Assembly (NCBI GenBank): GCA_964276515.1
Contig: OZ193910.1
Coordinates: 6,324,001-6,388,000, forward strand
DNA: 64,000 nt
Direction: 5' to 3'
Origin: Gordius albopunctatus
Lineage: Eukaryota
In this document: positions 12,789 to 24,314 of the stretch, in pieces
Numbering within the stretch: the stretch's first letter is position 1
Layout of the letters: each line of letters opens with the position of its first letter
Program-made: the position numbers and the translations under genes
Notes under the pieces: generated by a model
The model's database searches: none
Told to the model about the DNA's origin: nothing
The model's input: only the letters and a program-made list of their open reading frames with translations

Positions 12789-15404
12789 GCTATTTGTTAT
12801 GAATTTATATATTTCCAGGTTTAATTTTTTTGCAATTTTTTTTATATATGGCTAAAATATGCTTAATGATATTAGAATTTATTTTTTAATTTTCTGTCCC
12901 ACCCAGGTGGTAATAATTTTTTTGACAATTTTAATATGGTTTAACTTCATATTTTATCGTTTTTAAGAGAATGTTCAATGTGGCAATTTTATTAAAGATG
13001 AGAACTATTTTTTTTCGATTTTCATTATATATATCTCAAATGATTGTTAAAATATATTTTTTATAAATAGCGAAATTATATTTTATTGTATAAATATTTT
13101 TTTGACATTCTTAATATGACTTAATGTTTATAAATTTATATTGAATAATATTTTTAGTCCAGGTCACAATGCAAAGTTTTATAAAAAGTGGGAAATTTCG
13201 CTTTATATAATATTCTCTATAGATGGCTCGAATTTGTTTAATGATTTCAAAATTTACGCCTTTATACATACCAAAAATATGTTTCATTGTTTTAAATATA
13301 AATTTTTGAATATTCTGTCTCACCCAAATGCTAATAAATTTTTTGACATATTTAATATGGGGGTTTAAGCCAGGTTACAATGTAATAGTTTTATTAAAGG
13401 TGTGAATTTATTTTTTTGGCAAAAGATTTTGAAATTTATTGTTTAAAACATGGGAAAAATATTTTTATTTTATTTACATATATTTGATTTAGATGTCTTA
13501 TATCTGTTTTTAGTTGAAATTAAAGTATTGACACCAGATCAGCATTATTATTTTATTAAATTTCACCAAATAGACACATAAATTATTACAACTAATATTA
13601 TGTTAAATTAACATTTCCCCAAGACTTTACACACATAAGAGAGATAGAGAAGAGGAGATAGGCGATATGTCACATAAGACATAAGTAATTAACACATTAG
13701 ACGAGCAGATTAATTGCGATATGTCACATAATTAATTAAAACATTCGTTGAGCAAAAGAGATGAGCAACTTGCTATCAGCAATTGCTCGCACAAAACTTC
13801 TTTTATTGAAAGTTGTTCATCCCGCCTTTTTCCTACTGCTTGAGCTTGTATTTGCTGTTACAACTTAACCTCTTAAGCATCTTACCCCTCTTGATGACAG
13901 AGCTTATGCGTCCAAGCACATATGCTAACTATTATGCTCCGTCCAAGTTGGAGCATAATAGCAACTTTACATCTCTACTGCGTAATGTTTTTTTTTTATA
14001 CATTGTAGATGGACGTAATTACATCATGGTGTATCGTTAGAATAATGGGGGAGCCATTGACCGGAGTACGTCCTCGCTGCCCTTTGCATATCTCTTTCGT
14101 CATTGGGATAGATGGTATCCCGAGAATAACTTTTTCCGTCGAGCTTCCGGTTAATAGGGGTCCGGCGATGCCCCAGGAATTCACAAGGAATGATAGGATA
14201 TACCGGCAGGCTCAACGCATATTAACAGACGTGGTAGTCGAAGGAGCCCGCGAGGTGCCAATCGAAGACATTGTGAGGGATGCTAGTGATGGCATCGCTT
14301 ACCAATTTCGGTTTTTAATGTGAACAGCTCGTCAGATTTTAATGAGACTTTGTAAGCCTAGTATTATACACAGATCATTATTCCAATACTAAGTTCCGAT
14401 AATTAAGATTAATACAATAATTTATTGGAAGATTAAACTATATAATAAAATGGGATAAAAATGTTGTATAAAATAACTAAAACCATTCTTCATCTTATAA
14501 TAATAAAAAATGTGTTTCCAAACATCTCGCAATGTTCTTTTCTCTTCTAAGTTAATTAAGCAGTTGTGTACATCAACACACGAAGGCTTTGTCTGGCTAC
14601 TGATCCCTTCAATTCCCTTTGTCAATCGGCTGTCATGGTATTCACACTTTGCTAGTTCTCATTTTGTTATCAATCCTCCACATCTGTGGTTAGCTATCAA
14701 AATCCTTCTGTCCTGGGACTTCAATAAACGTATACAATACTAGGATATTTAACTGTGTGCTGCTAAAGTGAATTAAAGTTTTATAAATTTTTCATTAATG
14801 ATTTACAAATATACCATTATATCTCATATCATTGCTAGTCCAAATCTATATTGTCCAATATATAAACTGACTAGTGATTTATGATGAAACTAAACTTATA
14901 TTTTCGATAGTGGATAACTGTATTTGTAAGTTAGATTTTGAACTTAATTTTTATAAATACAAAATTCTTTACTCTAATATATCTTTAATTAATTACAGTG
15001 CCTTATTTGCCTAATAATCATTCCCATGTCTAACATTGACAAATATATCGCAAGAAAGAGCATTTTATTTTATTTAAATATCCCTAATAAAGATTTTTTT
15101 AAAATAATACAAAACCTATTAGAATCGCTTATTTGAACCATACAACATCATTCTAAAGTCGTTTGCTGCAAAATAAAATCTGATTAACATTAACATTTGT
15201 ACGTGAAGCCTTAATATATTTATTTAATTATTTTATACAATTAACAAATACTTAATACTAAACGATTATGTTATTATTTTTTACGAAATTATTTTTTTCA
15301 AATTTAAATCTATAATTTATGATTAGCTAGCCGAGTTGATAAACACAAATCATTTCTTCCATCCTTCCATTTTGAAATAAAATTATCCTTCCTTTATAAT
15401 TTAT

Positions 15405-16956
15405 ATGAGTACCAGAATTTACATTGGTAGAGTCAGTCATAGAGCCAGAGAAAGAGATATTGAAAGATTTGTTAAAGGCTATGGGAAAGTTCGTGATGTC
15501 ACATTAAAAAACGGATATGGATTTGTGGTAAGTTATATTTATCCATAAATTAAGCCGACATGATACATTATTGTATTTTGTGTGCATACTATGGATACAA
15601 AAATTTTATGTAATGTGTATGGCCTATATATTTTTATATACTCCAAAGGAAAGCATATATATTTTTTAATTTTAGGAATTTGATGATCCACGAGATGCCG
15701 ATGATGCGGTTTATGAATTGAATGGCAAAGAATTATTAAGTGAAAGGTAAATCTAAGTCATTGAAATATGATGAGTACATCTTTCGGGTTTGAAGATAAT
15801 GAAACCACAATATCTCTGAAACTTTTGTCAATATTTATTAATAATATTTTAGAGTCATTGTTGAATTAGCGCGAGGACCAACTTCACGCTCTAATGGAAG
15901 CAGAAACGATAGATATGATAGAGATAGGGATCGAAGACCCCCACCATATATGCAATCAAGAAGACCTAAAACTAATGAGAGGTACAGTTTTTAATTTTAT
16001 ACGTTAAATAACTTATTTAAGGTATGGACCACCAACCCGAACAGACTATCGAGTAATCGTGGAAAATCTCTCAAGTCGAGTTAGTTGGCAGGTAGATATC
16101 TATATCTTTCAAACCTTTTTTGCCCTCAAAACATTTTTTAAATATTAAAATTTTATACTGTATGTTGCCAATACAAAATCAGGAATGGTAAACTCTTAGT
16201 CTAACTGATGACATTATCAGGGTGCTTGCACTTACTCTAGCTCTTTTTAACTACTATGGTGGGTTTTCCTTGATCTCAGAGGGTGCTGGTCAATGAATAA
16301 CTACTCTCTAGGGTCGTTTAAGATGCACTACTTTGAGGTCACTATACATACAGCTGGGCTAGGGGTTTTAAAAGGTAAAATAAGTTTTTCCTTTAATCAT
16401 TGTATGAATCTTATTGTTTGCTTATTTTCTCTAATTTAAATATATATATTTAGGATCTTAAAGATTACATGAGGACTGCTGGGGAAGTTACTTATGCAGA
16501 TGCTCATAAATTAAGGAAGAATGAAGGGTAATTTTTATAATGTATCTGCTTATATCTTTTTTAGTGTTGTTGAATTTGCCACCTCAGAGGACCTGAAAAA
16601 TGCAATTAGTAAACTTGATGACACTGAACTTTCAGGGCGAAGGATAAGATTAATTGCAGAAAATCCTAAAAGGAAAAGGTAAATAAAAAGTTATTGATAT
16701 ATAAATTAATGTTAGATCAAAAAGTAGATCAAGATCCAGAAGTTATTCTCGGTCAAGATCTCATTCTAAGTCAATTTCCAGAAGTAAATCCAAATCACGT
16801 GAACGGAGTAGGTCAAGATCTAAATCTCCACAATACAATAATTCAGCATCACGGTCAAGGTCAATCTCCCAACATGATGAAAACAATATGGATCATGATA
16901 ATGAAAGATCAAGGTCAAGATCATATAATGGTGCAGTTGAAACTTCTCAGGATTAA
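15405..16956 (+). CDS. SRSF4/5/6: SR splicing factor of the SRSF4/5/6 (B52) family; exons 15405-15527, 15676-15746, 15853-15981, 16022-16091, 16454-16527, 16565-16678, 16716-16956
   Basis: Spliced product [61 protein letters not shown]...[34 protein letters not shown]...RS domain; all introns GT-AG and in phase. Confidence 0.97.
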
Positions 16957-17339
16957 TATTTACATATTGATTTATCTTTCCTTATTGTAGATATATAAAA
17001 CGAAATGTATTATGTTTATTTAAATTGTATGTCAGAAATATATATTTATTGAACCCTTTAAACCATCTTCTACCACTACAATTACTTCAAACATATACGT
17101 AAAAAAGTAGCTAAACTCAACTAATTTTAATCTTGAAGTAGCAAACTTAAATTTATTCGATATATTCAAATACTTATAAATCTAAAATGCGTATTATGTC
17201 TGGGTTTTGTTTAATGTAACGTGCTTGGATGTAACCTAATGGTCATGGGCGACCCTTAAAAATCCCCTTAGATTTTATATAATGTTCTAATACTTTATTG
17301 GATGTTTATTAAATTAACACTAACTTTTTCACCTGTAGC

Positions 17340-17865
17340 TAGAGCCTGCAAAATCAAATTTCTTCTGCCCGAATTTTTATTTTTGGTCCGACCCGATTTT
17401 TCAAATAAAATTTTCGAAAAATTAAATTTTTCACCATCAAAATATAAAATGCATTAGATTGTTATTACTCGTAATTTACAACTAGAATAAGTTTGAAACA
17501 AAAAATTCATTTCCACTCGTTAAAATATATTCAGCTAAAAATATAACTTAATAAAATGTATTTTTTTATAGTTCCAAATAAAAAACGTTTTGAATTATTT
17601 ACTTATCTTATTTCAAAAGTTGTAACTTCTGTGAATCTATTTAAATAATAGAATAAGATTAGCATTTCAGGTCAGTTATATTATAACAGACAAGGGAAAT
17701 AAGCTGAAGTTTTAGAGTTATATAATGTATGCTATGCCAAGATATTGAATTTATTTAAATCCTATTTTATAATAGATTAATTTGCTTTAGTTCAATTCGG
17801 GCCGCCACATCGAGCCCGACGACCGATTATTTTATGAAATTTTGCCCGGCCCGTGCAGGGCTTTA
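17340..17865. mobile_element. Non-autonomous hAT-type element
   Basis: TIRs TAGAGCCTGCA / TGCAGGGCTTTA; TSD CCTGTAGC vs CCTGTAGG (7/8); GCCCG subterminal repeats; related in reverse orientation to 34550-35133. Confidence 0.75.
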
Positions 17866-17933
17866 CCTGTAGGTCACCAATACAAGAACTCATTTGACCC
17901 GAAATTATTGATATATTTTTACATGATTATTAT

Positions 17934-20900
17934 CAGTCTTGTTAACGCTCCTTTTTAAAAGTTGCGATTCCCGCTCCAACTAATGGAGCGGCGCTCCATA
18001 ACCGCTCCTTTGATTTTCATTTTTTTAGTAGGTACACGAAACAAATCATATTTTTTTATCAAAACGTTTTATTTACATTATTTAAAAAAATTATTATAAA
18101 ATAAAGAAATATTGATTTTACCTTCAGGTGTTTTTTTTTAAATTAAAGCTGCTGATTTTAGAGAAAGAAATAATTTTGTTATTAATGCACAATAGGCATC
18201 ACGCCTTTAATCTGACTTTATCATCTGTATCAATCAGCTTGAAATATTTTTTAAATCGTGGAAATGGAAATTCCACTTCGGTTTCTTCTTCATCTTCTAT
18301 AATATCTATCTCTAGATTCATAATAAAATTATTTTTTATTATATATCTATAAAATGAATATTAAATTAATATGACTTACAGTTTTTAAAAAAATTTTAAT
18401 ATAAAAAAGGAAAAACAGATGTTTAATGTTTCAAATGATTTAGATGAAAAATTAATAAAAAACTCCAACATTTAATAATGAATAAATTAAATTTAAATAT
18501 AATTATATTTTCATTAAATTTTAATTAACAAACATTATTAATATTTAAAAAATAATATAATTCATATATTTTGAGGAAAATCCGGTGCGGGCACTCGCAC
18601 TCGCACCAGTATTAAAGGTGCGCGCACTCGCACCCGCACCTAAAATTTTATTGCACTATAACAAAACAAAATATAGAGCAATGTTCAATGCATAACCTTT
18701 ATTTTGTCTAATGCAAAAAACTAATGAATTTATTATAATTATAAAAATAATCGATATACAATAAAATAAAATAATCAACATAGCATTTTATTCACATTCA
18801 TGAGTAAAAGCATTTCAAGGTGATTATCCGTCAAGTTACCCCTTCTTTCACTTAATATTGCCTTGGCTTTGCTGAACATACGTTCTATAGGAGCACTTGA
18901 AGGTATAGGAGTATTGTATTTGATGAACAAATTCTTGAGTGAAGGAAATTTTTGGAATATATCCAAAGTTGTATCAGTGGATTTGAGAAAATCCTGAAAA
19001 GTTGTTTTATGTTCTTTATTATTTATTTCGAAAAAATCATCAAAGTCTTTTCGTTCATAGACTTCTTTTTCCTCCACGTCTGGCGTGATTTGACTTTCAA
19101 TTAATCGAATAATTCTTTTTAATATAGGTTTGTTTTCATCTTGATAGCACCAACTGAAATTTGTTTTAAATAAAGGGCTGAGAATCGCTGCTGCAATAAC
19201 ATTATCGTCATATAAATTTGGGAATCTTTTTAAATACAAAGAATAATTTAAAGTTTATTATATATATAAAACCTTCTTTCAATCCCTTGTATAATTGCAT
19301 TCACTAATGGTTGGCATATATCTAAATCACACAACCTTTTTAATTTCTTTATTAGTACTGTTATTGTTGGTAGAAGATATCCTAATTCAACGGTTTTATC
19401 TCCTTCCAAAATGCGCAAAGATTTAGCTAATGGTTCCATAACCTATAAATTAATATGTAAATTTATAAACAGCTATTATATCTGCTTAAAATGTAAAACT
19501 TACTAAAGAATACTCATGAATAAATACTCTTTCTTCTTCTTTGAACCTAGATAAGCCTATTTCATCAAACAGATCATAGAAATCTGATTTTTTGGTATCA
19601 AGCAATTTATTTAATAAATTCACAGCCTCATAATAACTATTCCACCTAGTTTTATTTGGGGTAATTAAATATATTCCAATTTTCTCTTTATATATATCAG
19701 CCAACCGAGTGGACATATTTTGCTTATTCCACAAATTTTGACATTTGTTAAATGTTGAAAGAAATATTTTTTTAAAATTGTTATTCAAAAATGCTTCCTT
19801 GATATCAACACTGGCTACCAAATTAAGACAATGACAAGCACAGCGCCCATGTTTTGGCAAATGTTCTGATTCTTCTTCAGGACAATTACTTATTATATCA
19901 TCAATATCCACACTCTCTAAATCTTCATCTTGTTCCTGAACATCAGATTGTATTGTCTCTTCTTCATACACCCTATAACATATGCTTTATTTTTTTAAGA
20001 AAAAAATAAATATTACCTGAAGGCTTTTACAAAATTGGATCCATTGTCGGTAATGGTTTGAACAACTTTGTTGTGAATTTTGAATTGCTTATGTACATCA
20101 ATGATGTTCTTAGCAATCACATCATAAGTTTGCTTTCCTTGTATCCTTTTAAGACACAATCCAACTGATTTTCTCTCTAAGTTGCTTTGATTAATCCAGT
20201 GTGCTGTTAAGCCTAAATAAGCTCTAAATAAATTAGAGTATAAAAATATTATACTTTTTATAAATCATTACCTTCTACCAGTGCTCCAGCAGTCAGCTGT
20301 TGTACAAATAAACTCAGCACTATGCATTTCTTCTTTGATTTTAGCAATTAACTTATTGAACCTACAAGTGATTCTAGATGTTAATGTCTGTCGACACATG
20401 ACATCAACAGGAGATTTTGAGAAAGCACTTAGTAGCTTTCTAAAGGATGGATTATCCACAATTGAAAGAGGCTGAATTGTGTTGATGACATAATTCACCA
20501 AGGCTTCTTCCCGACTTACCTCTTTAGTAAAGTTTACAATATTCTGGTTAGATTTATCTAAGACTTTCTTTTTCTTATTGTCATTTCTAAGCTTTTGTAA
20601 TGTACTATTATGAAATCTCTAAATTTTTTTATAAAACAAGTAACAAGATTACCTTTAGATGCCTAGTCAAATTGAAACAAGATCTAGAAGAAGTCTTGAG
20701 TTTGGCATTGCATAAAAGACATTGCACCTCAAAATTAAGTGTATTATGCTGATTATCTTTAAGTTTAAACATATTAGCATATTTTGGAAATGGCAAAATT
20801 GTCATGCATGATGTGCTTGCTATATTTATGCTTGATTCTTCTATTTCCATAACTCACTATCATATTAAAGTGTTATATATAAGCAGTGAGAAAAGAAAAG

Positions 20901-21625
20901 AGTAAAAAATTGGATAAGGAGTTATGATAACAACACAATAAATAATATAAATTAATAATTAAAATTAATTAACTAATTTAATATATTTTAATGAAAATTA
21001 ATTGTAATTAGATCATTATATGTGATCAAACTTACGATAGCAAATATAGGTTCAAAAATCAAAAGTGTAAAGATTAATCGTTGATTGATAAAGTAAATAC
21101 GTGAATAATGTGAAATTGAAATATCGCGGTTAGATTATTTTTATTGTCTATCGATAGTAACCAATTTCCCGCTTTGTTATCTTCTCCACCAGGAACATAG
21201 ATGTATGTTATATATATATAGTAAATCAGTAGAAATTTAATTTGTGAAATATGCGATATAATACAATTTCGAATAAATTAATAAATTGTAAAACTCTTAA
21301 TGTGCGCAAAACAGGAGCGCAATTGCGCACCCGCACCGACTTAATCAGGTGCGCGCACCCGCACTCGCTCTTCGTTATAAAAAAGTGCGCGCACCAGCAC
21401 GTCGCACCGCAAATCCGGTGCGCGCACCCGGTGCGCGCTCTTGATGTGCGCGCTCCTTAACAACTCTGTATTAAATTTAAAGGAGCGGAGAAGCGGCGCT
21501 CCTCCGCTCCAGCCCTCAAAGGAGCGATTCCCGCTCCCGCTCCTCATTTTTAAAAAGGAGTCGCGCTCCAGCTTTTTTTTAAAAAATGTAGCGGCGCTCA
21601 GGAGCGCCGCTCCTTAACAAGACTG
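17934..21625 (-). mobile_element. hAT (Ac-like) DNA transposon carrying an intact transposase gene
   Basis: TIR CAGTCTTGTTAA at 17934 and its reverse complement ending at 21625; perfect 8-bp TSD ATTATTAT; GC-rich subterminal repeats. Confidence 0.93.
18775..20850 (-). CDS. hAT transposase (BED-like finger, DDE, dimerization domain), 613 aa; exons 20850-20653, 20618-20272, 20223-20017, 19972-19504, 19442-19273, 19225-18775
   Basis: Exons total 1842 nt with an open frame: CLLC..NLTRHLKRFH, TTADCWS, TITDNGSNFVKAF, RCACHCLNL, TRWNS, PSSAPIERMFS. Confidence 0.92.
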
Positions 21626-21743
21626 ATTATTATTAACACATGTATATTCTTTAAACATTTCGGTAAAAAAATTACAATTCGAAACGAGAAATGTAAAATA
21701 ATTTTTTTAAACGGATTCGAGCTGGGATTTGTATACATTCTAT

Positions 21744-22859
21744 TAGAGGTCTGCATGGGGCGAAATTTTAGGTTCAGGCCCGGCTCATACCCGCACAAAT
21801 ATTATTTTTTGGCCCGCACCCGGCCCGCAAAAAAATCTCAAAAATTGCGCTGCATCAGGCCCGCACGAGTAAAAACAAGTCTACGTTGTTTCAAAATTAT
21901 TTCTTTGTATAAAAACTATTTTGTATTGTTCAAAAAATAATTTATCTATAGCAAATAAAATCGGTTTTAATTAAAAATTACAATTTAATATGGTCATTTA
22001 AAAATAATAGACTATCTATTTTATCAGGCAATAATTTCGTTCTTCTCTGTACTATAAGGCTACTTGCCTTACTGAATGTGCGTTCACTCGTACCATTGTT
22101 GGCTGGAATTGACAAAAACTGACCAGCTAATTTTGTTAAGTTTGGTAGCATAAGTTGGTGTTCTTTCCACCATAAAATTACATCTAGCTTAGCATCTTCA
22201 GGTTTTTTCCCCGTTTCATCATCGTCCCAAATAGAGAATATAAATTGCCCGTGTAATAGAAATCCTAAAAATAATAAAATTTTGGCTCATGTGAGGCCAA
22301 CCAAAATATTGCAAAAAACTACATCATCAGACCAAATTTCTTTATTAAATCCTTCAATAATGTTATTTATATTAATTCGCATAAAACAGTATAAGGAATA
22401 TTAATCAACCTTTAAAATTAAAATTATAAATTTATTCCACTCTCGGGTAAATATACCAACTTATAAGACCATTATACATGCAACTGATATCAGCTGGCTG
22501 AGTCAGCAATTAATGCCACTTGGAGTCCTGCACGGACCGCTCGAATCCCGACCCGATTGGGTTCAGGCCGGGCCCGGGCAAAATTTTATAAAATAATCAG
22601 GCCTCGTGCTCGGGTCGGACCTAATGAGACGGCCCGAGCCCGACACTTTTCCTAGTTGTAAATTTAATAAAAATCTACTGCATTTTATTTAGATGGTGAA
22701 ATAATTTTCAAAATAAAATTTTTCAAAAGTTTTATTCGAAAATCGGGTCGGGCTCGGTTCGGGCGAAAAAGAAAGTCTTTCGGGCTCAAGCAAAATAAAA
22801 ATGAGAATTCGGGCTCGGGCCGGGCTTGGACAGAAGAGATTTCATTTTGCAGGGATCTA
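21744..22859. mobile_element. Chimeric non-autonomous hAT (TAGAGGTCTGCA family 5' part fused to the end of a related family)
   Basis: 21744-22240 matches 54827-55360; 22253-22859 matches 34222-35133; minus-strand transposase remnant VFFSIPANNGTSERTFS-like. Confidence 0.75.
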
Positions 22860-24314
22860 CTGCCGCTACGTTTAATATTAATTTTAGTATGGATAATAAA
22901 AATGGTTACAAAATTTGTTAACTTTATCTATTTCATTCATCTTCACAAAATATGTATTTCTACCTTATTTTCATATGGGTTTAATTAAATAATATTATTT
23001 ATAATGTGAGTGATATATATAACTTTAGTGAAACATTTTATTTTATGATCTTGATTCAATAATATTTACAATTAAAAAGCGTGACATCGTAATGCAAAGT
23101 CGAGAATCAGCACCTAAGCACCATGGAGTCTATAAATTTTTAACCCAAACCTAACCCAAATTTTTTTTATTAACTTAGCCAGAAAGTTACATAAAATATA
23201 AAATTTAACCCATGCACCTTATTTAATATTTATTTTATTAGCAGATTCAGATATGAAATCCTAAACCCGTCTCTCTTGAAAACATGTTTACAATTATTTT
23301 AAACAAAACTTCAATTTAACAAGCCAAACCTTATTTAGATCCTTTATATAATCTGCCTTGTTAGTTTAATCAATTTTACAGGCACTCTTATATTACCTAT
23401 ACGCACTTTCCCTCGTTTTTGCAATAGTTTTAAGAATATTAATATAATGGCAAATTAAATTTGCCTGTTAGGCCCGAAATTTTGCGATCTCAAAAAAATA
23501 AGCATTAAATTAATGGCATATAATAAAACAAGTCCATGAAAATATTTATTTAGCAATTTTTTAATTAAGTTTTAAGTTTACATATTTAATAAATAATATT
23601 ACAATAAACAAAATTATACTCCCCTCTAACCATAAATAAACTTCTTAATGAATAAAATTAGTTAAATTAGTCAATCTGTGCTCTGTTAAAACTTACTTTT
23701 TTGATAAAAAGACAATAATTTATCAATAGAATTTAAATGCAATTTATGGATAATTGAACTTAAAGCAAAAAAGAAAGGTATAGAAATTTTTTATCATGAA
23801 AATAAGTAGTAACTTAGCGAAAGCGACGAATAAAAAGGGAATAATAAAGGTTAATTGGAGAAACTTTGTGATGGCGAAATCAAGTTTCTTAATTTTTTTA
23901 GCATTTTAATATGCAATAAAATAGAAAGTAACAAAATAATACACTATTTAAAAAATCTTATTAAGCCCGAATCCTATCTTCGTGCCGCCCTCCCGGGCCC
24001 GCCCGAAAATAAAAATTTAAGACAGTTTCCGGGCCGGGCCTGTTCGGGCAGCGGGCCGGGCAATCTGGTCTCTGACAGCGAGCACATATTGTGCCAACGC
24101 GCATAAGCAAAACTTAAGAAATATAAATGGTTTATTAGATTGTGAAGCAAAGCAATTCGTGGTGCAAACAGGCTCAAAAACTAATTATGCATTGTGAATA
24201 AATAAATTGTTTCAAACGGATAAATAATAAATAGGTGAAGTAAAATCATTAAAAGCGGCTCGTGTCTAAACAGGAAATGCGGATGAAGGACAAAACGTTA
24301 TAAAGTAACTCAGG

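Noticed and set aside
16694..16990. 98-aa [13 protein letters not shown]...
   Set aside because: Alternative frame of the SRSF RS-domain exon
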